Below, piece after piece: positions 9,977-20,299 of a DNA stretch of 64,000 nt (position 1 is the first letter of the stretch; each line of letters starts with the position of its first letter). Source of the stretch: an uncultured Acidobacteriota bacterium (GTDB lineage: Bacteria > Acidobacteriota > UBA6911); contig CAWJKZ010000012.1 of the NCBI GenBank assembly GCA_963843575.1, positions 224,001 through 288,000 of the forward strand, read 5' to 3'. Position numbers and translations under genes: made by a program. The notes under the pieces are model-generated. The model had not been told where the DNA came from. It saw nothing but the letters and a program-made list of their open reading frames with translations, and did no database searches.

Positions 9977-10990
9977 ATGAGAAGAAGCGCTGCAGTGCCG
10001 GAACCGGAAACCGGGGCCGCGGGCCGCCTGAAGCGGCTCGTGCTGTCGGAATACTGGGTGCTGTACCTCGGCATCCTCTACTTTCTCGCGCTGCTCCCCT
10101 GGGCCCCCGGCCTCGGGTCCGCCGAAAACATCCGCAACATCTTCTCGAACATGCTGCCGCTGCTCGTGGTCGCCGTCGGCCAGACGGTCGTCCTCATCTC
10201 GGGCGGGATCGACCTCTCCGCCACGTCGGTCATCGGTCTCTCAAGCGTCGTCGGGGCCTGGGTGATGAGCGGCGACTCCGGGCTCCTGGCGGGGCACCCG
10301 GCCGCGGCGCCGGCCGGCGCGGCCGCGATGCTCCTGGCAGGGTGCCTAGTCGGGCTGCTGAACGGCGCCGCCGTCACGCGCCTCCGGATGCCCCCGTTCA
10401 TCGTCACCCTGACCGGCATGATGTTTGTCGGCGGCCTGGCGCTCTGGCTCACGAAATCGCGCCCCATCTACAACCTTCCGGCCGCGTTCACCGCGCTGGG
10501 CAAGGGATCGTCATTCGGCGTGCCGCACGCCCTCGTCGTCGCCGGCGCCCTGGCCGCGGCCGTGCACGTGCTGCTGACCCACTCGCTGCCCGGCCGCTGG
10601 CTCTACGCCGTCGGCATGAATCCGCGGGCATCCCGGATATCGGGGGTCCCGGTCAACCGCGTCCTCACCCTCGCCTACGTCCTCAGCAGCGGCTGCGCCG
10701 CCGTGGCCGCCGTCCTCTACACCGCGCGCCTCGAGACCGGGTCGCCGGTGCTCGGACAGAGGATCCTGCTCGACGTGATCGGCGCAGCCGTGATCGGGGG
10801 CACGAGCCTTTTCGGCGGGAAAGGCAAGGTGTCGTGGACGGTCCTGGGCGTAGGATTCATCTGCCTGATCGACAACAGCCTCAACATGCTGGGCCTGTCG
10901 TACTTCGTGGTGATCATGGTGAAGGGGGGCGTGATCCTGCTGGCCGCCCTCTTCGACGCGACCCGCACGCGCCTCGTGTCGGGACGTTAA
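9977..10990 (+). CDS. Sugar ABC transporter permease
   Basis: ISGGIDLS, VIGGTSLFGG motifs. Confidence 0.9.
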   Translation: MRRSAAVPEPETGAAGRLKRLVLSEYWVLYLGILYFLALLPWAPGLGSAENIRNIFSNMLPLLVVAVGQTVVLISGGIDLSATSVIGLSSVVGAWVMSGDSGLLAGHPAAAPAGAAAMLLAGCLVGLLNGAAVTRLRMPPFIVTLTGMMFVGGLALWLTKSRPIYNLPAAFTALGKGSSFGVPHALVVAGALAAAVHVLLTHSLPGRWLYAVGMNPRASRISGVPVNRVLTLAYVLSSGCAAVAAVLYTARLETGSPVLGQRILLDVIGAAVIGGTSLFGGKGKVSWTVLGVGFICLIDNSLNMLGLSYFVVIMVKGGVILLAALFDATRTRLVSGR

Positions 10991-11003
10991 ACAGGGTGGC
11001 TTC

Positions 11004-12524
11004 ATGAGCGGGACGATTCTCGAATACGAAAACGTCGGCAAGAGCTTCTTCGGGGTCCCCGTGCTGCGCAACGTCCGGTTCACGCTCGACGAGGGGTGCG
11101 TCCTCGGGCTGGTCGGCGAAAACGGGGCAGGAAAATCCACCCTGGTGAACATCCTCGGCGGCGTCTTTCCCCCGGATTCCGGCACGATCCGGTTCCGCGG
11201 CCGCGCGTATTCCGCGCGTCGCCCGGCCGACGCCTTCCGGCAGGGCATCGGCTTCATCCACCAGGAACTCAACCTCTTCACGAACCTCGACATCGCGGAG
11301 AACATCCATGTCGCCCGCTTCCCGTGCCGGCGCGTGGTGGGCATCCCCTGGGTGGACACGCGCGCCATGCGGGCCAGGGCGCGGGGCCTCCTCGAGTCCG
11401 TGGGGCTGAGCGTGCCGCCCGAAACGATCGTCGAGAGACTCTCGATCGGGGAGCGTCAGCTGGTCGAGATCGCCAAGGCGCTCGGCCTCGACGCGCGCCT
11501 CATCATCTTCGACGAGCCCACGACGTCGCTCACCGCGCCGGAAGCGGAACGCCTCTTCGAACTGATCGGACAGCTGCGGGGCCGCGGCATCTCGATGATC
11601 TACATCTCGCACAACCTGCCGGACGTGTTCCGGTTGTGCGATCAGATCGTCGTGCTGCGCGACGGGGAGGTGGTCGCGTCGGGGGCTGCGGCCGGGTTTA
11701 CGGTCGGCGAGATCATCACCCACATGGTCGGGCGCAGCCTGGCCCAGTATTATCCGGCGCGCTCCGGGAAGCCGTCGGGCGAAGCCGCCCTGGAGGTCAG
11801 CGGGCTCTCGGAGCCCGGCATCGTCGAGAACATAGACCTGACCCTGCACCGCGGAGAGGTCCTGGGGATCGCCGGCCTGATGGGGGCCGGCCGCTCCGAG
11901 CTCGCCCGCATCCTGTTCGGGCTCGACCCGCACGAGCGGGGGGAAATCCGAGTCGACGGGCAGCGCGTCCGGCACGGGGGCCCCCGGGGCGCCATCCGCC
12001 GCGGACTCGCGTTTCTCACCGAAAACCGCAGGGAAGAGGGCCTCCTCATGGAGGCGGCGGTGGCGGACAACGTCGCGCTCGTCTCGTTGCCGGCCTTCGC
12101 CCACCCATGGTCGGGCCTCCTGGATTGGCGCCGGCTCGACCGGGAGGTGTCGCAGACCGTTGGCACCGCCAGGATCAAGTGCGCCGACATCCGGCGGCAA
12201 AAGGTCAAGACCCTCAGCGGCGGGAACCAACAGAAGGCCGTGCTGGCGAAATGGCTCCTGCGGCGCCCTTCCGTTTTCATACTCGACGAGCCGACCCGCG
12301 GCATCGACATCGGCGCACGTCACGAGGTTTACCGGACCATCAACGAGCTGGCGGACCAGGGGACCGGGGTGCTGTTCATCTCTTCCGAGATCGAGGAACT
12401 CATGGGCATGTGCGACCGGGTGCTGGTGATGCGCGCCGGGGAGATCGCCGACACCTTGCCGCGGGCGGGCTTCGACCGCCGGCGCATCCTGCGGTCCGCC
12501 CTGGGCGAGACGGGGGCCGCATGA
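11004..12524 (+). CDS. Sugar ABC transporter ATP-binding protein
   Basis: GENGAGKST, FDEPT, LSGGNQQK, LDEPTRGID. Confidence 0.92.
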   Translation: MSGTILEYENVGKSFFGVPVLRNVRFTLDEGCVLGLVGENGAGKSTLVNILGGVFPPDSGTIRFRGRAYSARRPADAFRQGIGFIHQELNLFTNLDIAENIHVARFPCRRVVGIPWVDTRAMRARARGLLESVGLSVPPETIVERLSIGERQLVEIAKALGLDARLIIFDEPTTSLTAPEAERLFELIGQLRGRGISMIYISHNLPDVFRLCDQIVVLRDGEVVASGAAAGFTVGEIITHMVGRSLAQYYPARSGKPSGEAALEVSGLSEPGIVENIDLTLHRGEVLGIAGLMGAGRSELARILFGLDPHERGEIRVDGQRVRHGGPRGAIRRGLAFLTENRREEGLLMEAAVADNVALVSLPAFAHPWSGLLDWRRLDREVSQTVGTARIKCADIRRQKVKTLSGGNQQKAVLAKWLLRRPSVFILDEPTRGIDIGARHEVYRTINELADQGTGVLFISSEIEELMGMCDRVLVMRAGEIADTLPRAGFDRRRILRSALGETGAA

Positions 12525-13504
12525 GCACGCGTGCCGGCCGGATTCCGACCAGGGCCCTTCAGCACGCGCCGACGCTGCTCTTTGTCGCCGTGTTCGCCGC
12601 GTTCGGCAGCCTCTCGGGCGCGTTTCTCCAGCCCGGGAACCTGGTCAACATCCTGGTTCAGTCTTCGTCGGCCGCCATCACGGCCACCGGGATGACCTTC
12701 GTCCTGCTCACGGCCGGCATCGACCTCTCGGTCGGGTCCGTGATGTTCGTCTCGGCCGCCGTGGCCGGCAAGCTGGTGCTGGGCGGCCACGGCCTGGGGA
12801 TCGCACTGGTGGCCGTACTCGCCGTGGGGCTTGCCTGCGGTGCGCTCAACGCGTTTTTCGTGACGCGGCTCGGGATCATGCCTTTTATCGTCACCCTCGC
12901 GACCCTCTACATGTGGCGGGGGCTGGGGCTCTGGATCACCGAAACCCGCGCGATGAACCTCCCCGAGAACCTTCTCCGGCTGGCCACCGCCAGGATCCTC
13001 GGGGTACCCACTCCCGTCGTTACGTTCCTGACCGTGCTTGCCGCGGCCCACGTCACGCTGCGGCACACGCCGTTCGGCAGGCAGATCTACGCGCTCGGCA
13101 ACGACCGGGAGGCGGCAGACAAGGCCGGGATCGCCACCGGGCGCGTCGCCGCCGCCGTCTACGTCGTCTGCGGCGGCTGTGCCGCCCTGGGCGGCATCGT
13201 CTCGGTCGCCCAGCTCGGGGCGGTTTCGCCTACCTTCGGCAACCAGCGCGAGTTTGCCGCCATCGCCGCCGCGGTCCTGGGCGGGACGAGCCTGTTCGGC
13301 GGCAGGGGACGCGTGTTCCCGGGAACCGTGCTGGGAGCCGTGCTGATCCAGGCCGTCGAAAACGGGCTCGTCATCATCAATGCCGACCCGTATCTCTATC
13401 CGCTGATCATGAGCGGCGTCATCTTCGCCGCCGTCTTCATCGACAGCCTGCGGCACGAGCGGCTCGTCACGCTGGGCAGGCGCTATATCAGGAGGTTCCG
13501 ATGA
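12521..13504 (+). CDS. Sugar ABC transporter permease
   Basis: C-terminal part of ORF 11096..13504 from ATG 12521; TAGIDLSVG, VLGGTSLFGG. Confidence 0.9.
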   Translation: MSTRAGRIPTRALQHAPTLLFVAVFAAFGSLSGAFLQPGNLVNILVQSSSAAITATGMTFVLLTAGIDLSVGSVMFVSAAVAGKLVLGGHGLGIALVAVLAVGLACGALNAFFVTRLGIMPFIVTLATLYMWRGLGLWITETRAMNLPENLLRLATARILGVPTPVVTFLTVLAAAHVTLRHTPFGRQIYALGNDREAADKAGIATGRVAAAVYVVCGGCAALGGIVSVAQLGAVSPTFGNQREFAAIAAAVLGGTSLFGGRGRVFPGTVLGAVLIQAVENGLVIINADPYLYPLIMSGVIFAAVFIDSLRHERLVTLGRRYIRRFR

Positions 13505-14319
13505 GGCTGGGCGTGAGCTCGTATACTTACACGTGGGCCGTCGGGGTCCCGGGGTACCCTCCGGAACGGCCCGTCACGGAGTTCGAACTGCTCGACCTGG
13601 CGGCGGCCGCAGGCGTCCGGGTGGTGCAGATCGCGGACAACCTCCCGCTCGAACGCCTTGCCCCGAACGATCTCGCCGGCGTTGCCCGCAGGGCGCAGGA
13701 CATGGGGATCGAGCTCGAGGTCGGCACCCGCGGGGTAGCCTGCGCTCACCTCGAGCGCTTCATCGAGATCGCGACGACATTGCGCGCGCGCATCCTGCGC
13801 GTCGTCGTCGACACCCGGGAGCACAGGCCCGCCATCCCCGAGATCGTCGATTGCGTCCGGGAAGTGCTGCCGGAACTGGAACGGCGCGGCATCTGCCTCG
13901 CCATCGAAAACCACGACCGGTTTCGCGCCCGGGAACTGGCCGGCATCGTCCGGCATATCGACAGCGCACAGGCCGGCGTCTGCCTCGACACCGTGAACTC
14001 GTTCGGCGCCCTGGAGGGGCCGGAGGCCGTCGTGGACGCTCTGGGACCGCTCGTCGTCAACCTGCACGTGAAGGACTTCAGCATCGAGCGCGCCACCCAC
14101 ATGATGGGCTTCGCCATCGAGGGGCGCCCCGCCGGCGCCGGCCGGCTGGACGTGCCGTGGCTGCTCGACCGCCTGCGCGCCTACGGCCGCGACCCGAACG
14201 CGATCCTCGAACTCTGGACCCCGCCCGAGCCCACCCTCTCCGCCACCATAGCCAAAGAATCCGCTTGGGCCGCCGCCTCCCTCACCTACCTGCACCGCCT
14301 GGTAGGGGACGGACCATAG
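13501..14319 (+). CDS. oiaC: Xylose-isomerase-like TIM barrel, probable 3-oxo-isoapionate decarboxylase
   Basis: MRLGVSSYTYTW, ELEVGTRG, VCLDTVN, NLHVKDF; resembles the OiaC subfamily and fits the operon. Confidence 0.65.
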   Translation: MRLGVSSYTYTWAVGVPGYPPERPVTEFELLDLAAAAGVRVVQIADNLPLERLAPNDLAGVARRAQDMGIELEVGTRGVACAHLERFIEIATTLRARILRVVVDTREHRPAIPEIVDCVREVLPELERRGICLAIENHDRFRARELAGIVRHIDSAQAGVCLDTVNSFGALEGPEAVVDALGPLVVNLHVKDFSIERATHMMGFAIEGRPAGAGRLDVPWLLDRLRAYGRDPNAILELWTPPEPTLSATIAKESAWAAASLTYLHRLVGDGP

Positions 14320-14549
14320 CAAGTTATTATTTATGAATAGCTTACGTCTGTTTTTGGCTCAAAAACAGGCCTTATTTGCGTTTTTAGGGGCCATTTTCTG
14401 CGAATAGCGGCATATCTGGATCACAGGCCGGTGGGGAGGTGCGGCAAATGGCAGGAAACAGGGCCAAATTCCTGAAATATAAGGCGCCCTTTCCGCAGAA
14501 TAATCCAGGTAAATATTTGAAATCACTGAATTACCTCAGGTCCGTCCCC
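14305..14549. mobile_element. Palindromic MITE-like element, family A, full copy 2
   Basis: GGGGACGGACC at 14305-14315 and GGTCCGTCCCC at 14539-14549; AT-rich interior similar to 4900..5140; contains the stop codons of both flanking convergent genes. Confidence 0.75.
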
Positions 14550-16580
14550 GATCAAGTACTTGTCGAACCAGGAGAGATAGCGTTGGAGACGGTCGCGGAC
14601 GTAGCTCGGGGTCGTGATGCCGTGTGACTGGCCCGGGTAGATGATCAGCTGCGTGTCGACCCCGAGGCTCCTCAGCGCCTGGTACATCTGCTCCACCCCA
14701 ATCGTGGGAACGTTGAAGTCCCGGTCCCCGGAGAGGAACAGCGTCGGGGTCCGGATCCGGTCGGCCTGGAAGAACGGGTAGGAGAGCTTCACCCAGAGAT
14801 CCTTCGATTTCCAGGGCGGGCCTAGCTCGTTTTCGTACTGGACGATGTACTGGTCGGCGCCATACATCGACAGTTGCAGGGCGCTGCTGGCGCCGCTGAC
14901 GGCGGCCTTGAAGCGGGGATCGGTGGCGATCGTGTAGTCGGTCAGGATCCCGCCGTAGCTCCAGCCCCCGATGCCCAGCCGTTCCGGATCCGCGATCCCC
15001 GCCGCGATCATGTGGTCGACCGCCCCGATCAGGTCGACCACCTCTTTGCCCCCCCAGTCCGCGTAGATCGCCTTCTGGAAGGCCGAACCGCGGCCAGAAC
15101 TGCCGCGGTAGTTGACCGAGATCACGACGTACCCGTGCGCCGCAAAAAACTGGCGGTCGAAGCTGAAAGAGTGGTCGTCCTGGCCGTTCGGGCCCCCGTG
15201 GATGAGCAGGAGCATCGGGTACTTCCGCCCCGTGGCGTATGACGCGGGCTTCACCAGGAGCCCGCGCACCTCGGTGCCGTCCTTGCTCCGCGACGTGAAG
15301 TCTTCGGTGCTCGCCAGCTGGAGCTCGCCCAGCAGCCTGTCGTTTTCGTGCGACAGCCTGCGAAGCGCGCCATTTTCAAGCGCGTGCACCTCCGGCAGCT
15401 CGTCAGCCGTAGCCGCGAGCACCGCAAACGACCCGGCCGGCCCCGGCGAGATCCCGGAAACGACGCGGCGTCCCGAGGTCAGCTTTTCGACCGGCCCGCC
15501 CACGACGGCGGTCCTTGCAACGTACCTCGTGCGGTCGTCGTCAACGGCGAAACAGAGGCTCCGGCCGTCCGGCGACCAGACGAAGGGACCCGACACGCCG
15601 CGATCGAGCGCGGCCGTGAGCACGTGCGGTGCCCCTCCAGCGGCGGGCACCACCGCCAGCTTGGCCTGGTTGTAAGCGGAAAATCGCGTCTCGTCCCCCT
15701 GGACGTAGGCGATCATTTGTCCGTCAGGGCTCCACGAAAGACGGCCGCCGTCCGGCCCGCTGAAGGTCGTTACCTGCCGCGGCTCCGCCCCGGGTTTCGC
15801 TTCGACGACGAAAACGTTGGAGTCGAGGTTGTGGTCCGGATCGGGGCTTCGGTTGCTGACGAAGGCGATGTACCGGCCGTCGGGGGACCACGCCGGCGCA
15901 CTCTCGCTGTGGCGGCCCGACGTCAGCGACTCCACCTTGCGCCCCTCGACGTCGAAAAGCGACAGGTGCGTCCGGAGCGCGCCGAGATAGCCCTCGCGGT
16001 CCTGCTTGAAATGATACCGGTCGACGACGATCGGCGGCTTGGTCTTGCGCTTCCACCCCTCCTTCTTCTCCGGGTCCGAATCGGGATCGAAATCGTTGAC
16101 CACCAGCGCCAGCCGAGCACCGTCGACCGACCAGCAGTAGTCGGAGATGCCCCCGGCGATGTCGGTCAACTTCTGGGCCTCCCCGCCCGCCCTGTCCAGG
16201 AGCCAGATCTGCGCACCCTTCTTCTTCTCCTGCTCGTCCCCGCGCGAGGCCAGAAACGAGAGATACCGTCCGTCCGGACTCCAGCGCGGCTGGGTCTCGC
16301 CGCTTTCCGGGCTCGCCGTCAACCGGACGTTCCTGCTGCCGTCCCAGCTGACCATGTAAAGGTCCGTGTCGCGCCGGTCCTTTTCCGCGTCGACCGTTCC
16401 CACAGTGTAGACAACCCACTTCCCTTCCGGCGAAACCTGCGGGTCTCCCACGCTTCGTATGGCCGCGAGGTCGTCGAGGCCTATGGCCCGCTTCGTTCCC
16501 TGCGGCGAGGCAGATCCCGGCGAAAGAACGATCGTGGCAACCAGCGCCGCAAGCGGACAGGCGCGTGCAATAAGTGTCAT
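14523..16580 (-). CDS. S9 family prolyl oligopeptidase / acylaminoacyl peptidase
   Basis: Signal peptide, WSPDG propeller repeats, HGGP, nucleophile GWSYGG, catalytic D (DFNV) and H (QSHG). Confidence 0.92.
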   Translation of the reverse strand: MTLIARACPLAALVATIVLSPGSASPQGTKRAIGLDDLAAIRSVGDPQVSPEGKWVVYTVGTVDAEKDRRDTDLYMVSWDGSRNVRLTASPESGETQPRWSPDGRYLSFLASRGDEQEKKKGAQIWLLDRAGGEAQKLTDIAGGISDYCWSVDGARLALVVNDFDPDSDPEKKEGWKRKTKPPIVVDRYHFKQDREGYLGALRTHLSLFDVEGRKVESLTSGRHSESAPAWSPDGRYIAFVSNRSPDPDHNLDSNVFVVEAKPGAEPRQVTTFSGPDGGRLSWSPDGQMIAYVQGDETRFSAYNQAKLAVVPAAGGAPHVLTAALDRGVSGPFVWSPDGRSLCFAVDDDRTRYVARTAVVGGPVEKLTSGRRVVSGISPGPAGSFAVLAATADELPEVHALENGALRRLSHENDRLLGELQLASTEDFTSRSKDGTEVRGLLVKPASYATGRKYPMLLLIHGGPNGQDDHSFSFDRQFFAAHGYVVISVNYRGSSGRGSAFQKAIYADWGGKEVVDLIGAVDHMIAAGIADPERLGIGGWSYGGILTDYTIATDPRFKAAVSGASSALQLSMYGADQYIVQYENELGPPWKSKDLWVKLSYPFFQADRIRTPTLFLSGDRDFNVPTIGVEQMYQALRSLGVDTQLIIYPGQSHGITTPSYVRDRLQRYLSWFDKYLIGDGPEVIQ

Positions 16581-16714
16581 GGCGATCCTCCGTGCCGGTA
16601 TACCCTACCCGAGCCTGCTTCAGGGCATCAAGCAAAAGTCCTCACGCTCCTCCGGCTGAAGGCCTGAGCCACCGGACGGCACACGTGACGCTCGGACATC
16701 CTTGCCTGGCACCG

Positions 16715-16816
16715 CTAAATTGAAAAAACAGGGCTGATTTCTTGAAATAAGGGCAGTTTTTGGCCCAAAAATCGCCGCAAATATTGATGTCAATGGATTA
16801 GCTCAGGTCCGTCCCC
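16715..16816. repeat. Family A element, right half only
   Basis: Ends in GGTCCGTCCCC (16806-16816); GAAAAAACAGGGCTGATTTCTTGAAATAAGG resembles the right arms of the full copies. Confidence 0.65.
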
Positions 16817-16822
16817 TATAAT
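16817..16822 (+). promoter_or_regulatory. Candidate -10 box for a leaderless transcript
   Basis: TATAAT 6 nt before ATG 16829, with no RBS. Confidence 0.45.
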
Positions 16823-16828
16823 AAAAGT

Positions 16829-17718
16829 ATGAAGACTGCGAGGGATTTCGATCAGGAATTGCTTTATTTGTTCGACCAGTATGTGCACGGCGGGATCGAC
16901 CGTCGCGGGTTTCTCGACCGGGCCGCGAAGTTTGCCGTGGGCGGCGTGACGGCCGCGATGCTGCTCGACGCGCTCTCTCCGAAGTTCGCCGAGGCGCAGG
17001 TGATTGCGAAGGACGATCCACGGGTGAAGGCGGAGATGCTCGAATACCCCTCACCGCAGGGGTCGGGGACCATGAAGGGCTACCTGGTGCGGCCCGCCAA
17101 GCGCTTCCGGCAAACTGCCGGGAATCGTCGTCGTGCACGAGAATCGCGGACTCAATCCCGCACATCGAGGACGTCGCGCGCCGCCTGGCGCTCGACAACT
17201 TCGTGACCTTCGCGCCCGACGCGCTTACGCCGCTCGGCGGGTATCCCGCCGGAGGAGAGGACGAGGCGCGACAGCTCTTCGCCAAGCTGGACCAGGCGAA
17301 AGACTCGCGAAGACATGGTCGCCGCAGTCGACCTGGCTGAAGGCGCGCCCCGAGTGCACCGGCAAGGTAGGCGCCGTGGGTTTCTGCTGGGGCGGCGGCA
17401 TCGTCAACATGCTGGCGACCCGTGTCCCCGATCTCGCGGCGGCGGTGCCGTTCTACGGCAACACCCCCCCGACCGACGACGTCCCGAAGATCAAGGCGCC
17501 GCTGCTGATCCACTATGCGGAGAACGACCCGCGCATCAACGCGATGTGGCCTGACTACGAGACGGCGTTGAAGGCCGCCCAACGTGCAGTACACGATGCA
17601 CATCTACCCCGGGACGCAGCACGGGTTCAACAACGACACGACCCCCCGTTTCGATGAGGCGGCCGCCAAGCTCGCCTGGCAGAGCACGGTCGACTTTTTC
17701 AACAAGCACCTCCGCTGA
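16829..17718 (+). CDS. Dienelactone hydrolase / carboxymethylenebutenolidase (YghX-like, Tat signal), frameshifted in this assembly
   Basis: [40 protein letters not shown] spread over several frames. Confidence 0.85.
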
Positions 17719-17724
17719 CCGAAA

Positions 17725-17766
17725 GGCTGACCTCAAAGACTCGAAGACACGAAGGCTCGAAGAACC
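17725..17766. repeat. Family C repeat (CTCGAAG / CACGAAG units)
   Basis: CCTCAAAGACTCGAAGACACGAAGGCTCGAAGAA between convergent genes. Confidence 0.55.
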
Positions 17767-17767
17767 G

Positions 17768-19063
17768 CTAGCGGATTCTCCTGTAGAGGTTGAATCCCAG
17801 CGACAGCGATCGGTCTTCCGCATTGACGCCATACTTCGACGGGGTGAAGTCGCGGCTGCTCGCCACGAGAATTGTGAAGACGTGTCCCCAGGTTCGGACC
17901 ACGAACGCCACGCCCACCTGGTCCCGGCGCTCGTCCAGGCCGCCATAGCCCGCCAGTCGCGGGACGTATTCTGCCTGCAGCGAGAGCCGCCGATTCAAGG
18001 CGATGTCGGCGCCGAGTCCGAGCGCGAAAGTGCTGTTGCTGTCGGGGTGAATCGCGCGCGCCCGGTTAAACTCGAGCAGCGCCTCGGACCGCGAGTTGAA
18101 CGTCGCTGTCGGCACCACGTTCAGCCGAACACGTCGGTAGTCGAGGGACCCGACAAGCTGCAGAAACGGCGAGTAGTCCCGATGAAAATTCTGCTTCCCC
18201 TCGACGCCCCCGTGCAGGGCCAGCTTCCACTTTGACTCGTTCGCAGTCCGGATCTCATACGTCCCGCTCAGACTCGACGATCTGGTCGAAACGCGTGCGC
18301 GCCACACCCGGCGCTGATGCGATCTGTGAGCTCGTAGTTCAGCCCGATGCTCATGTTCGCCCCGGAGTCGATCCCGAACGCCTGCCCGGGGCCGGCGTCT
18401 GCTCACCGACTGCAGGAACCGGTGCTGGATCATGATCTCCATCGACCCCGTTGTGAGATCGACGGGCGACGGGAGATCCACGACCCTCGAGGTCTCCTGC
18501 AGACGGACGGGCGCCTTCGCGGGGTCGCGTCGACGACTTCCACGGGCTCGGTTCCTGCGGGCGGCCACGCCGGGCCGGCTGAAGTTGCCGGCCGTATAGA
18601 CGAATTCCCCGGATGCCCCGTCGCGACGGCCGCCGCGCGACCCGTTGCGGTGAAAATGACCAAGTCCGCCCGGGTTGTCCGGGGCCGTCCACTTGAGGTG
18701 GAACTCGACCGGGCCGTCCGCGGGGCCCTGGCGGCCCCCCTCCTCGATCTGGGTCGCGTGTTGAATCTCGGAATCGGTCCCGACCTGCGTCGAGTCATCC
18801 ATCGCGGCCCACGTCCCGGCCTGCTCGCCCGAATCGGCAAAGCGCGCCGTGAGCTCGAAGCCCCAGCGAGACTGACCGGGCTGCGAGATCGTCACGGTGA
18901 TCGGGTAGGTCACGCGCGGCTGGTATCCGCGCGGCGCGCCGTCGATCCGGAGGTCGCCCCCGAGTACCACGGCCGTCAGTTAGTCGGGTGAGCGGTGAAC
19001 GGCGACCGCAAACGAAAGCAACACAACCACCACCCAGAGGCGGCCTGTCAGCATATTAAGCAC
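17768..19063 (-). CDS. Reeler/choice-of-anchor-V-like domain fused to a DUF5777-type outer-membrane beta-barrel (one in-frame stop and compensating frameshifts)
   Basis: GGAGGAG RBS then GTG 19063 and a signal-like N-terminus; TYPITVTIS...RWGFELTAR domain; VVDLPSP..GSMEIMIQHRF, WGHVFTIL and terminal LGFNLYR typical of DUF5777. Confidence 0.65.
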
Positions 19064-19088
19064 GGTTGTACTCCTCCATACTCGGGGA

Positions 19089-19851
19089 TCAGAATGGCAG
19101 GTAGTTCGGCCCGAAAACCATCTTGCCGCCCAGATGACCGGACACGAGCAACAGTGCCCCCGCGCCAGCCACGAGCAGCAGGTAGGACCAGCGCCCCTTG
19201 CCCCTGGCGCTGAAACGCTCGCGCAGCGCCGTGCGTAGAACCAGCGCCGCGACGCACAGGACAGCCGCGGCGACGTTCATGTTCCGATGCGGCACCATCA
19301 GCGCCCGGAACGCCGGGTCGTCGCCCATCGAGGACGCGCGCAGGAATCCCGTCAGCGCCGCCGGGACGAAACTGAGGCACGCCAGGACCAGCAGCGGGAA
19401 CCCCGCCCTGGACAGGTCGTCCCGCCCCGTGAGCAGCGCCGCAGCCTCCGCCACCACCAGGAGAAAGACCCAGGCAATCGGGAAGTGCACCAGCGCCGGA
19501 TGCATCCGTCCGAGCAGGCTGCCCCCGGCAGGAGGCGACACCGGCGTCACCTCCTGCACCGCCGTGCACCTCCTGCACGTCCTGCACGTCCGGGACCTGC
19601 GCCGGACCCGCAGCCTGGCCGGGCGTCGACGCCCGGGCCGGCCGCGCTGCGACCGCCAGGAACCACGTCCCGGCAACCAGCAGGAACAGGAGCGCGGCGC
19701 ATCTCGAGGCGACAGACGTGAGTGTAACGCCGGGCGCTTGCCCTGGGTTCTCACATGGGATCGCTTCGCAGTCCGCCGAATCGAGCGCCGCGGGAATGGC
19801 ACTGAGAGCCCGCCCGGGGCGGCACAACGGCTCGCGTGAATTCGCAGACAC
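19089..19851 (-). CDS. DUF2231-type membrane protein (frameshift near 19560; start uncertain)
   Basis: GRMHPALVHFPIA, HRNMN, GHLGGKMVFG: conserved His-bearing transmembrane helices of DUF2231. Confidence 0.75.
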
Positions 19852-19855
19852 AGTC

Positions 19856-20287
19856 TTACTCCATCGAGAAAATGATCCGGCTCTTCTGGTCGTCCAGGGT
19901 CGCCTCGAACACCTGCAGCGGCCGTTCCGCCGGCCCGTTCAGGACTGTTCCGTCGAGAGCATAGTTCGACCCGTGGCACGGGCAGACGATCCTCTTCTTG
20001 TCGCGGTCGTAGCCGACCGTGCACTGCCGGTGGGTGCAGATCGGGTCGAGCACGTGCACCGAGTCCTCCGCATCCCGGATGAACAGCAGTTCGCGGTTCT
20101 GGATCTTCAGCAAGGCCGAACCGCCCGGGGCCTTCAGCTTCTCCGCCTTGTCGAGGGCCAGCGCGAGCTTCTTCTGGGCAAAGGCGACCCGAATCCCGGA
20201 AAACAACCCGACGACGCAGGCCGCCAGGCACCGGAGGGCTCCACGGCGATCGGTCGACAGACCCGCCATTGCGTTAGTTGCGGTCAT
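19856..20287 (-). CDS. Tat-exported Rieske [2Fe-2S] protein
   Basis: DRRGAL Tat-like motif; CTHRQC and CPCHGS Rieske boxes; GPA. Confidence 0.9.
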   Translation of the reverse strand: MTATNAMAGLSTDRRGALRCLAACVVGLFSGIRVAFAQKKLALALDKAEKLKAPGGSALLKIQNRELLFIRDAEDSVHVLDPICTHRQCTVGYDRDKKRIVCPCHGSNYALDGTVLNGPAERPLQVFEATLDDQKSRIIFSME

Positions 20288-20299
20288 GATCTTCTCCTG

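Noticed and set aside
19550-19600. 9-bp GTGCAGGA repeats as a contingency locus
   Set aside because: Only three or four degenerate copies in a low-complexity linker, and the nearby frameshift is in the error-prone block
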